Below, piece after piece: positions 37,752 to 47,500 of a stretch of DNA of 64,000 nucleotides; position 1 is the stretch's first letter; each line of letters starts with the position of its first letter. This DNA comes from a virus. The notes below the pieces were generated by a model. That model saw only the letters and a list, made by a program, of their open reading frames with translations. It was not told where the DNA came from and did no database searches. The translations under genes were made by a program, and so were the position numbers. The stretch is from positions 128,171-192,170 of the IMG/VR virus record IMGVR_UViG_3300022872_000001. One strand, written 5' to 3'.

Positions 37752-38435
37752 TCAAACTACACGGTAATCATCAAACGAGAAGAACTGGGAACCGCTTAGG
37801 CTACCATCTGCCTGCATCTGTTGACCTGCAATTTGTATATCCTGTACCACGCTGGATTGAATCATCATTGGTTCGGATATATAGCCACGTAACGATATGG
37901 ATGAGGTAACCGTGTATGTAGATATATTCTCCAGTACATTCTCTCGTTGAGGAGTAGGTATAGCGTCTGATAGAACCATACCACCTATATTCAAACGCAA
38001 ACGTCCGTACTCGATAGTAAATCTCAGGTAACCTGCGGTACGCGCGAATAACCAGCGACGAACAAAAGCAAGAACTGAACCTTGAGAAGATCCTGCCGAA
38101 TACTTATCAGTTACGAACTCCACGTTTACTTCAAAAACCGCTGGCAAAAGTTTAACTTTGTGCGTTACTCCGTCTTCAACCCAAGCTATCAATCCATGCC
38201 GGCTTAAGGCTTTCTGATTGTATGACTCTAGGTTAGACGAGAATGTTTCAGGCATTATGTAGGCGTACGGATACGTAACATCTCTGCCTTCAAAATATTT
38301 CTTTAGTACCTGCACTTTATCTGTGGCAGTGGACAGTAAAGCAGGACATCCGAACACCTGGGTAAATCTTTGCTGCAAACCTGCGAAGATAAAATCCTCA
38401 ACAGGCATAATTACCTTTTGCGTTGTTTCAGCCAT
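37752..38435 (-). CDS. Probable tail completion/terminator protein
   Basis: Between capsid and sheath; YPYAYI..., beta-rich; start moved to ATG 38435. Confidence 0.5.
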   Translation of the reverse strand: MAETTQKVIMPVEDFIFAGLQQRFTQVFGCPALLSTATDKVQVLKKYFEGRDVTYPYAYIMPETFSSNLESYNQKALSRHGLIAWVEDGVTHKVKLLPAVFEVNVEFVTDKYSAGSSQGSVLAFVRRWLFARTAGYLRFTIEYGRLRLNIGGMVLSDAIPTPQRENVLENISTYTVTSSISLRGYISEPMMIQSSVVQDIQIAGQQMQADGSLSGSQFFSFDDYRVV

Positions 38436-38464
38436 GATCACACCTTTTCTATGCCCAAATGAGA

Positions 38465-38504
38465 AGAGGCCCGGCCAGCAATATGAAATGCTTACCGGGC
38501 CTCT
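38465..38504 (-). terminator. Hairpin after the capsid operon
   Basis: 10-bp stem AGAGGCCCGG/CCGGGCCTCT with an inner AGCA/TGCT stem; TCTCATTT follows on minus. Confidence 0.55.
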
Positions 38505-38536
38505 AATTAACACTTGATGAGCACGTATGCTCTTGG

Positions 38537-39055
38537 TTACTTCTTCTTGGCTTTCTTCACGACCTTCTTGGCAGCCGTTTTCGACACTGGTTTAGCGATG
38601 ACTTTTGCCTGTTCAGCTTTCAGGAAGGATGCCAAAGTAGCTTCGAAAGTTTCGTCGCCTTCATCCTCATCTTCTGCATCCTCATCTTCGTCCTCATCTT
38701 CGTCCTCATCTTCGTCCTCATCAGGCTCGTCAGAATCCTCAGCAGCCATAGTGGCTTCTTCGTGCAATTCATCCTCTTCAGGCATTTCATCCACGCCGTC
38801 AATAACGAATTCATCGGCAAAGACACCCGTCTTAGGCTTAGTTGGAGCAGCCTGAGTCTTGGTCTTCTGGCGAGCAGCAGCCTCTGCCTTGAAAGCCGCA
38901 CGATTGTTCATTTCCATCGTTGCGATTGCACGAGTTGCGGTAGGGTGGGTTGCAGCCAGTGCGAATTGCTTAGATGCACCTTTTGTATCGCCTCGACGCG
39001 CCAGAACCATTGCCATGGTAAGGTGATCGAAAGCACCAATATGCTTTTTCAACAT
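38537..39055 (-). CDS. Acidic/basic low-complexity head-associated protein
   Basis: (DE)n tract then Lys-rich tail; start moved to ATG 39055 (SD AAGGA). Confidence 0.65.
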   Translation of the reverse strand: MLKKHIGAFDHLTMAMVLARRGDTKGASKQFALAATHPTATRAIATMEMNNRAAFKAEAAARQKTKTQAAPTKPKTGVFADEFVIDGVDEMPEEDELHEEATMAAEDSDEPDEDEDEDEDEDEDEDAEDEDEGDETFEATLASFLKAEQAKVIAKPVSKTAAKKVVKKAKKK

Positions 39056-39130
39056 TTTGTTTCCTTTCAGGTATTGGATGAGTATAGGTGTAGTGAAGGT
39101 GGTCACCTGTTAAGATGACCCCCATCCACT

Positions 39131-40216
39131 TTACAGCCGAATACCCTTGGCGATGGAACGGCTGTTGGCAACCGAAACCGACAACTGTTCATGCAGGACC
39201 CAGCCCTTACCTGGCAGACCTTCGACGCTGATATCGGTAGTAGTGGACATCAAACCACCACGATCAGAGTAAGCACCATGGTTCAGTGCATCAGAGATAA
39301 CGAAGAATTCGCCTTTGCTCAGAACCTTATGCTCAGGATGGCGATAGGCGTCCGAGGTAACGGTCATACCGTACATAACGCCCAATTCACCAGTCAACAG
39401 CAGTTCATGGCGAGCAACTGGATCGATGGCTTGGTAGAACTCACTGTTACCAATCACGTCGGTGTACAGATCCGAAGCAATCAGAACGTGTGGAGCTTTC
39501 AGGCCCCATTGGGTAACGTTGGTACGAACTTGTGCCAAGGTATACGGAGTCAACTGACCCGAGATAATCGACAGATTGTTGTCCAGACCAACGACACGAT
39601 TCCATTGGTTGTACAGCAAACGGTCTTCGGTGACCATGATGGCTTCGGTTGCTTCAACATACTTTTCCTGCAGGACATCGCCAGCGGAACGATTCAATTC
39701 GTTTTGGGTAACGAACGGACGGGTAACCACTGAGAGTTCTGCAGGTGTGTACCATTTGTCACGGGTGATTTGGGTACCAACCTTGGTAGGACCAGTTGCC
39801 CAGACAGCGGTAACGTTCTTGCCGCGAACTGGGAAACGTGGAATCGAACCTTGTTGCACGTCAATGCGTGTAAGATACTTACGCATGAAACCTTGACGAT
39901 TGGCAGTCATGTACAGCGATTCAGCCATACGCTCACCCAGGACGCGGTGAGTAGTTGGATCATTGAAGGCGGCGCGGATAAGTTCACCGTTTGCCTTCAT
40001 GTCAGCTTCACGTTGTTGGGCTGCCGAAGCGGTAATAACTTCACCGTTCGAGGAGGCAGCTAGGAAACGCAGTTGCTGGTTCAGCAGGTCACGTTTACCG
40101 CTGGCGTTCAATTCGCCATTGGCGCCAATCGCACGTTCCGCGCTATCTTTGAAACGAAAATCGGATGCGACAACTGGTTGCTTCGTGGAAGCGATGAGTT
40201 TTGCACGGGTTACCAT
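39131..40216 (-). CDS. Major capsid protein
   Basis: 361 aa downstream of protease/scaffold/decoration; biased codon usage; HK97-like pattern (RFPVR..VTAV, DIIGN, TGELGVMYGMTV, GWVLHE). Confidence 0.8.
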   Translation of the reverse strand: MVTRAKLIASTKQPVVASDFRFKDSAERAIGANGELNASGKRDLLNQQLRFLAASSNGEVITASAAQQREADMKANGELIRAAFNDPTTHRVLGERMAESLYMTANRQGFMRKYLTRIDVQQGSIPRFPVRGKNVTAVWATGPTKVGTQITRDKWYTPAELSVVTRPFVTQNELNRSAGDVLQEKYVEATEAIMVTEDRLLYNQWNRVVGLDNNLSIISGQLTPYTLAQVRTNVTQWGLKAPHVLIASDLYTDVIGNSEFYQAIDPVARHELLLTGELGVMYGMTVTSDAYRHPEHKVLSKGEFFVISDALNHGAYSDRGGLMSTTTDISVEGLPGKGWVLHEQLSVSVANSRSIAKGIRL

Positions 40217-40272
40217 GTTTTAATTCTCCATTCAGAATGTTAGGACGTGTTCGTTATCGAATACGTAATGGC

Positions 40273-40947
40273 TTAAACAGCCGAAAACTCAATACCCAGG
40301 TACGGATATTCCACACCAGGAACTGCAACGACAGTAGCAGGGATAGTAACGCCGCTACCAGTTTGATCCGTAAGTTGGCCACCGGGTGCCAGCTTGATTG
40401 CAGTAGCTGCTTCCCAGTTAACCGAGGCATCAAACTCGCCTGTGTACAACAGACCACGTTTGGCGACACCGATTTGGCTGATATAGTCACCGCTGTAACC
40501 ACCAGGTTCCACATCACCGAAGATAGCGCGGGCTTCCAGAACTGTCAGCGCGTACTTGTAGGTAACGGTAACTTCATCACCCGCAGTCAAGCCAGAAACT
40601 TGCGAACCCGACACCGCTGGGGAAGTAACAGCCTCGCCCAAGGTATTATCGAACACGAATGTTTGACCGGTTACAGGTGGGCGCGAAAGGGTGATAACGC
40701 CGGTAGTAGGAACAACGAATGTTTCCACTTTGTTGGTCATTGCTTCCAGGAACGGAGCAGCCGATGTACCGGCCATTGCAAAGCCAGCAAAGATTTCGCC
40801 AGCTTGACCAGTCGAAGGCAGAACGCCTGCCGACTGTGCATTAGCTTGACGAACCAAGGCCAGACCTTCAGCGCGAATGACCGCACCTGGTGCCTGGATC
40901 ATGTCTGCGGAATCAGTGATTTTCGACAGGGTCAGGGTAAAAGACAT
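40273..40947 (-). CDS. Head decoration/cement-like protein
   Basis: 224 aa beta-rich between scaffold and MCP; ends YPYLGIEF. Confidence 0.55.
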   Translation of the reverse strand: MSFTLTLSKITDSADMIQAPGAVIRAEGLALVRQANAQSAGVLPSTGQAGEIFAGFAMAGTSAAPFLEAMTNKVETFVVPTTGVITLSRPPVTGQTFVFDNTLGEAVTSPAVSGSQVSGLTAGDEVTVTYKYALTVLEARAIFGDVEPGGYSGDYISQIGVAKRGLLYTGEFDASVNWEAATAIKLAPGGQLTDQTGSGVTIPATVVAVPGVEYPYLGIEFSAV

Positions 40948-41010
40948 TTGAAACCTCCAAGTAAATGTTTGTACTTCACAATAAAAATACAGGTTGTGAA
41001 ACTAAGGTAA

Positions 41011-42510
41011 TTACATACCGAATGAAAAGGGCTTCTTGCCAGAGAGGATTTCGGAAGCAGCTACCGAATAACCTGTGGCGCGATGATCCAGCAAACGGGA
41101 TTTTTGCGAGGCACTAACGCGGATTGCAGGACGGCTAAACGCTGTAACCTGACTAGCCTGTTCTACATCATCCTCAATGAATTCGTCATCCATCGATTCG
41201 TCTGCACCAAATTCATCGCTGGCAATATCATGCTGCGCTGTATCACTTAGGTCACCATCTGAGGTACCAAATGGATTATCGGTAATGTCTTCACTGGTCA
41301 TGTCGAGAGCTTCAACGTAACCTGCACGGACTTCCTCAGGCATAACAGCCAACTTGGCAGCCAGATCAAAAACAGATTTGTTGAAAGCAAAGGCGTCCTG
41401 AGCAAAGGCGCGAGAGATGATACGGGAAGCGCCACGAACACCTGCGTGTTGCATCTCACGGTGCAGATTGTCCTTCAAAGGATTCTCGATGTCCTTGAAG
41501 TAACCACGCGCAACACCAACGGAAGCGATAGCCAAAGATTGAGTCATTACCTCATCCTTTTGCTGGGCTACCTTGCGCATAGCAGACGCCTGAACCTTAA
41601 CGGACTTAGCAACGCGTGCCTCAACAACCTTAGGCGCAGTAACGTTAACCTTAGCCAGTTCGAAACCCATAGAGCGCAAACCTTTACGCAAACCGTTTGC
41701 TTGGATTTCGGAAGCAACTACTTCGGCGAATTGCTCGGTCAGATAAACATCCGAACGATCTGCGGCTGTTGCAATCCTACGATTCATCGAAGCAACGATA
41801 CGGTTCTTATGGATGACGTGCACCGAAGCGTTGATAGTGGCAAAGGCGACATCATCCCCCTTATCATCAGTACCGTCGATATCTACCAGTGGCATGTCAT
41901 CCGAGGAAGTAATAATTTCTTCCTCATCTTCTTCATGCGCATCTTCTGGATCAATACCGTCTTCCTCGTGTTCATCTTCCAGGAATTCGCCAGCACCGTC
42001 TTCATCCATGAAGTCTTCCTCTTCGAAGTCAGCTTCCATAGGTTCATCAGGCGCATGCAAACCCGGTTCATTTTGAATCTGATTTTCTACGGTATCTTCT
42101 TCCGTAGCATCAACTTCTTCGCCTTCTTCGTCCTCGGCTTCTTCTTCCTCATCGACATCCTCATCTTCCTCGGCTGCCGAGGTTTGAGTAGGAAGATAAC
42201 CAGCGGCAGGATCTTCGTCGTTATCGATGGTGCCGATATTCTGCTCGTCGGTCGAGGCATTCTGAGTCGGCAGATAACCGGCTGCTGGATCTTCGTCGTT
42301 ATCGATGGTGCTGATATTCTGTTCATCTGTGGAAGCAGTGATTCGAGTGTGGGTATCACCACCTTCAAAATCTTCCGGATCAATCAGGTCGTCAGCAAGA
42401 TCGTTATTAACCAGATCCTGTTCAGCTTTTGGAATGGTGACCTTGCCGCCATTGTCACCGTGGGTCGAAGTGCTAGCCTTGGCTAACTTCTTCTTCGTCT
42501 TGAATAGCAT
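41011..42510 (-). CDS. Probable scaffolding/prohead core protein
   Basis: 499 aa, very acidic, between protease and MCP; many [IVL]-x-A-[SAD] sites. Confidence 0.6.
   Translation of the reverse strand: MLFKTKKKLAKASTSTHGDNGGKVTIPKAEQDLVNNDLADDLIDPEDFEGGDTHTRITASTDEQNISTIDNDEDPAAGYLPTQNASTDEQNIGTIDNDEDPAAGYLPTQTSAAEEDEDVDEEEEAEDEEGEEVDATEEDTVENQIQNEPGLHAPDEPMEADFEEEDFMDEDGAGEFLEDEHEEDGIDPEDAHEEDEEEIITSSDDMPLVDIDGTDDKGDDVAFATINASVHVIHKNRIVASMNRRIATAADRSDVYLTEQFAEVVASEIQANGLRKGLRSMGFELAKVNVTAPKVVEARVAKSVKVQASAMRKVAQQKDEVMTQSLAIASVGVARGYFKDIENPLKDNLHREMQHAGVRGASRIISRAFAQDAFAFNKSVFDLAAKLAVMPEEVRAGYVEALDMTSEDITDNPFGTSDGDLSDTAQHDIASDEFGADESMDDEFIEDDVEQASQVTAFSRPAIRVSASQKSRLLDHRATGYSVAASEILSGKKPFSFGM
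42181..42336 (-). repeat. Two tandem 78-nt (26 aa) repeats
   Basis: ASTDEQNISTIDNDEDPAAGYLPTQN / ASTDEQNIGTIDNDEDPAAGYLPTQT with synonymous differences. Confidence 0.85.
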
Positions 42511-42579
42511 GTGAAACTCCTTTATGTGAACGAATAAATCGGATCAACTAATCCACAAAATAAAATTACGCTCTGTGGA

Positions 42580-42825
42580 TTACTTAGTCTTCTTAGGCAC
42601 CGGTTCGCCGCGCATTTTCTTCTGGAGAGTGGTAAGCTCTTCCTTGGCATTTTTGAGCTGTTCACGTTCCTTGGAGGCGTCCTCACCTTCACTCGACATA
42701 TCCGAAATATCTTCATTCAGATTTTTGATACGTTGGTTCAGGTGCTGTTCGTATTCCTTGTCACCTGCTTCGTCGGCATGGAGTTTCTGGCTAGCCATGA
42801 TCCGTTGCATTGCTTCGATCTTCAT
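42580..42825 (-). CDS. Small protein with KIEA..RI leader
   Basis: MKIEAMQRIMASQKLHADE; coiled coil; inside the head operon. Confidence 0.7.
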   Translation of the reverse strand: MKIEAMQRIMASQKLHADEAGDKEYEQHLNQRIKNLNEDISDMSSEGEDASKEREQLKNAKEELTTLQKKMRGEPVPKKTK

Positions 42826-42834
42826 TTTTAATCC

Positions 42835-43617
42835 TTAGTAACGGTTATTTGATTGAGGGCGAACACCTGCCATTTCCTTCGATGCATCCATTTCCTGAAC
42901 ACTATTACTTAGGGCAGTTACCCAGGCTGGAGACTCTACGATGGAGGTTTCTATAGGCTGAATACCATGAGCATTACGGTAAGCAATATGACTGGAACCA
43001 TCATAGTCTTGAAACTTCTTCCAATCAATATCGTTGTTATGGTTAACATGACCACAACCTCCGTGTTTTGTCATTTCCGTATTGCAGTAGGAGCAGGTGA
43101 AGTAATCGACGAAAGCGCCCATAGAATAGGTATTGATATCCCCTTCCAGGACACGGCGTGCAATCTCCGGATACTTATATTTTTCTAGGGCTATAAGTCC
43201 CATTACCTTCCACAAACGACCTGATCCGTAATTAAGAATGGGAACCATCCGAGCATCAAGAATCACGCCATACGCGTCTTCGTGAACCTCGTTGCGGTGT
43301 TCGTAGTGCAGTGGGCATCCGCTCCATGCCTTATAGGTCTGCCGGGACACAGGTGGAGGCTGAAACTTAACCAGTTCGGATAAAGGGAAACCAATGCCAT
43401 TCCGGTTGGGAATATCGGATGGACAAATGGGGGTCTTGATTATGATGTAGTCATTGATGTTGGGACTAATCTCGTAGATTTTAGCTGCGTAGGGAAACCA
43501 TGTTTCATAGTCGAGCTTCTGAATAACAGAAGGATCTTTAGCGACATCCGTTACTGATATGGATGTGCTCGCAATCACTACGTTAGCCCTACGCGCATTA
43601 GACGGCGCAGTGAACAT
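42835..43617 (-). CDS. Probable prohead maturation protease
   Basis: LHYEH, YSMGA, CSYC...CGH, ETSIVESPA pattern (HK97/herpes-like protease); TAATG start at 43617. Confidence 0.65.
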   Translation of the reverse strand: MFTAPSNARRANVVIASTSISVTDVAKDPSVIQKLDYETWFPYAAKIYEISPNINDYIIIKTPICPSDIPNRNGIGFPLSELVKFQPPPVSRQTYKAWSGCPLHYEHRNEVHEDAYGVILDARMVPILNYGSGRLWKVMGLIALEKYKYPEIARRVLEGDINTYSMGAFVDYFTCSYCNTEMTKHGGCGHVNHNNDIDWKKFQDYDGSSHIAYRNAHGIQPIETSIVESPAWVTALSNSVQEMDASKEMAGVRPQSNNRY

Positions 43618-44009
43618 TAGCGTACTCCAATGTAAACTTCGGTACCCTTGGTTGGGAACGTAATTCGGCATGCGGTGAATAGGAGATCACACGGAGTAAT
43701 GGTATCGGCAGTAAGACTCAAGGAGTTACCCCATAAAACGCTCGCTTGAGATGCAGGATCATTATTCATTATAGCTCCAATATTACTCAAGGTGAATTCA
43801 ACCGTAACTGCTTGTGAAGCCTGGAAGAAAATACCTTGATTAATATCACCACTGACGATATTCTGTAAGGTAACAATGTGTTGGTCACCTGCCGCATTAT
43901 TAATCAACCCAACCCAACCCATACCGCTTGGTAAAGAACCGATACCTACACCTTGTATGCCAGCATTACTGTATGCCCTACCACTATTGCCAATAACAGT
44001 AACAGTCAT
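43617..44009 (-). CDS. Hypothetical virion protein
   Basis: 130 aa beta-rich. Confidence 0.6.
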   Translation of the reverse strand: MTVTVIGNSGRAYSNAGIQGVGIGSLPSGMGWVGLINNAAGDQHIVTLQNIVSGDINQGIFFQASQAVTVEFTLSNIGAIMNNDPASQASVLWGNSLSLTADTITPCDLLFTACRITFPTKGTEVYIGVR

Positions 44010-44020
44010 GATTATTCACC

Positions 44021-44419
44021 TTAGGTAGTTGCGGATTCACCAGTTGCGGGAGTTGGCTCTGGAGTTGGTTCTGCGGGAGCAGGAGTAGGCTCGGGTGTTA
44101 CCACAGGTGTAGGAGTTTCTACTACAGGAATGGTTACTACAGGTTCGACAGGTGCTGTAGTTGGTGTAACCGGAGCAGGTGTGACAACAGGTGCCGAAAC
44201 GGGAGCTACCGAATCTTTACCCGGGAAACCTGCTGGCAGTAAACCTGTGTACGCCAAACCATAGTTGGCAGTGGCACTATCTACATTGCCATGCAGGTAT
44301 TGAAATTCTTTGTACAGCGCCTGGTCTTCCATAGTCCAGTAGTCACCCGAACTAACTTTCAGACCCTTGGCTTTCATAGCTGCCTTGAGTGCCACGTAAT
44401 CAATATGTTTAGCTGCCAT
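44021..44419 (-). CDS. Hypothetical protein with Pro/Thr-rich tail
   Basis: 132 aa; SD GGAG. Confidence 0.6.
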   Translation of the reverse strand: MAAKHIDYVALKAAMKAKGLKVSSGDYWTMEDQALYKEFQYLHGNVDSATANYGLAYTGLLPAGFPGKDSVAPVSAPVVTPAPVTPTTAPVEPVVTIPVVETPTPVVTPEPTPAPAEPTPEPTPATGESATT

Positions 44420-44512
44420 TTGTATTCTCCGTAAAAGAGGGATTAATGTTGTTTATGCGTACAATGTGAAATTGAGGACTGTGCACCTTTATGGAAACAC
44501 AGTCCCTCCGGA

Positions 44513-47500
44513 TTACATCTCTTCGGAAACGTCACGCAATTTTGTGCGACGCAATTTGTTGTACATCTTATTCAGATCTTTTTCATTGGATACCTGAATG
44601 CCAGCCTCCTTGATCTTATTGGCAATAGCTATAAGCTTAGGCATGGTTAAACCAAAATACATAAGAACAGGTTCGCTCAATGCCCATTTAATTCCAGGAG
44701 CCTTCGCACGAATTGCCTTATTGGTGCCAGCTTGACCATGCGCAGGTAATACCAAGTAAGCATGACCATTTTCAAGCAACGGGTACGGCTTGATGATCTT
44801 AGGATCAGAGGAAGGTTTCTGTTCCACGCGGTAGAAGTTACGCAACTGACCTACCGAAGCAAACTTATAGATCAGATTAGGAGTTGATTTACCTTTCTGG
44901 AGCATGGTATGGACTGCACCAAAGGCTTCCTTCAATTCCTTCATCTTGGGGTCAGGCATAAAACCCTTTTCAGCCCATAGTTTCAATTGTTTTTCAAGAC
45001 GCTGCGCATTGGTAATCGGTGCGTAGTAGAACTGTTGAGCAATTGTGAAACCGAGGGATTGGAGAGCATTAGACGCTGCGGAATTCTTTTCATCAATGAA
45101 GTACGACAAACTTAGGAAACCATTGATTACAGACAGAGCTAATTCCACGGACATTGCCTTTTCCAGATCCTTCTTCTGCTTTACCTTATCCTTCTTCAGC
45201 TTATCCAATTCCTGTTGTTTCTGGAGCCTTACATTCTTGGCATCTTGAACCACAGCCACGGCAGGATGGTCAACTGGGGCATCTATCGGCAAATCACCTG
45301 TACCTTTAAGGATCTGGGTACGAATGTCATTAGTCGAAGTGTCCTTACGTGTGATAAGGAAGGTAGAGGAAAATTTGACCCAAATAAAACCACTAGGTAA
45401 ATCTACCTTAACAAAACGTGCCTTCATATCGAAAGCCCGAATAGTTCCTTCACCAAACTCCGTATGCACTACCTGACCAGATAGCTCCTCTTTTATACGC
45501 TTGAAGGATTCCTGTTCGGTAGCTTTTGCGTCCTCAGGTGATTGGTCTTCCTCTTCGTCACCTTCAAGAGCGTCTAACCGGAGATAATCATCCATGCGCA
45601 CCAAACCTAATTGGTCTGTACCATATATTTCCAAACCAGGTGTATAAGGTACGGTATGCATTAGACGAGCATCCTTAGGAACAGGTGCAATCTCAACCGT
45701 TTCAATCTTTAGGTCACCGTGTATCTCACGATATTCCTTATAGTCGTCATACAAACATTGGCGATATTCGGAGTAGGCATTACCGTAAATAGCTAAGGTA
45801 GAATTGCTATCCAAATCATCAGGATTACCCCAGTCATTATGTTCCTGAACTGTGTCCAGAGTCATCTTCATTACAGGGACATCTGGAATGGATTCATACG
45901 TCGTATTGTCTGCATTCTCGAACTTTGCATTGGCAATCAACTTAGAGATCAAACGCGATATCTTGGTAATGTCAATGGTGCGATCGGCCATGACCCAGTC
46001 GAAATAAATCTTAGTACGACGAGATTCCTTCTTGAGTTCAGGACGATTGACACGGGAGTTACCTTGCTCCAATGTACCTGGATTCCAGACAGTTTCGCAA
46101 TTGTGAACAAGTACGGGTGTTATAGGAACGTAACCACTTCTGCCTCCCTGATTGTGAGTAGTTACCGCAAAGTAATTATGGTTACCCTCTACCTCAAGAT
46201 CATATCTATACTTACCAATGGTGTTAACGTTCCTGTTACGCTGAACGTGTATAACCTTTAGATAGTGATTGTTAATAAAGGATTCTAACCTTGCCTTACC
46301 TTTACGTACTGTATCGTTGCTTGCTTCTAAGGCAGCCTTTTTCCTATTAGCCATTACCTGCTTAGATTTATTGGACAGTATCCCGTGCGATTCATAAAGA
46401 TGATTGTGTTTAGTATTGGGATGATCTATAAAATCGCATTTAGGGCATGACCAATCCCCTACACTATCATAAGGAATCACTTCAGAATTTACATCTACCT
46501 TGAACCGAGTAAAATCTCCACCGTAGGTTATTAATTTTTGACCTTTCTTTAAATTCGCAGCCAATACTTCCTCACCACCCTTAAGAATAAAAGGATGGAC
46601 TGACGTGCTTACTATGGAAGATCTTTGGCCGGTTATGCTATCCTCAACAGTGACGCTTACGTACTCATCATCAGGCTGAACAGGAGTTTTCCAACGAGTC
46701 AGAATCCTACGTTTTTCAATCCTCTTATTTTCTAAATCGTAAGATAGTACGTATTTAATATCTGGATTATCTACAATCTCCTTAATGGTAAGGGATTTAT
46801 CGTAATCAATAAGAACTGGGGTTTGACCTGGGAAGCATCTAACCAACCGTGAAGCATGTTGCAAATTCAAACCAGTATTCATGGATTGCTCAACACCAAT
46901 CATGATCTGCTTGGATTCATCATGTTCAAATGCAGCGCCTGCCTCAATCTTATCAGCCGCAACATAAAGAATTGCTTTAGCTTTTAAATCATTAGGCAAT
47001 AGATTATAGATCTCTTCGGCGGAGGCAGTGTAATTAGTAAATACCAAAACTTTACCAGGTATTTGCTGCTCTATATGCTCTCGAATGAGCTCATGAATCT
47101 TGTGTACCTTAGGACTTATACGATCTTCGCCCTTAAGAACTTTATCCCCTAATTCATCACTAGTAGGAGCAGTAATGAATTGTTCCAACCGAGCAAGGTA
47201 AGGACCTAAGATACCTGCCAAGTCTTCATCTGCATCCTCGTCATCTGCGCTTTCATCACCAGGATCTTCCTCCCCTTCACCCTTTGGTTCAACCTTGGAT
47301 TTACCTCCATTAATGAATTCAGCCAAACGCGGAGAGGTCTTGGCCGCTTCTTTAATGGCTTCAATGGTGCGCTCAAAGAGAAGATTATAGATTTCTCGTT
47401 GTGCTTCCGTCAGGTCAACCCGATGGAATTTCTCAATTGCTTGCGGCAATAACGCTGCCCATTCCTTACGCATGGCTCCTGCAACTACTACCCGGGTCTT

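Noticed and set aside
38461-38504. Third copy of the junction motif (contains CGGCCAGC)
   Set aside because: Opposite strand, different pairing (simple long hairpin), no endonuclease downstream; treated as a terminator.
40201-42486. Long plus-strand ORFs 40201..41010 and 41446..42486 (also 39191..39733)
   Set aside because: Antisense shadows of codon-biased structural genes; no SD, no recognisable motifs.
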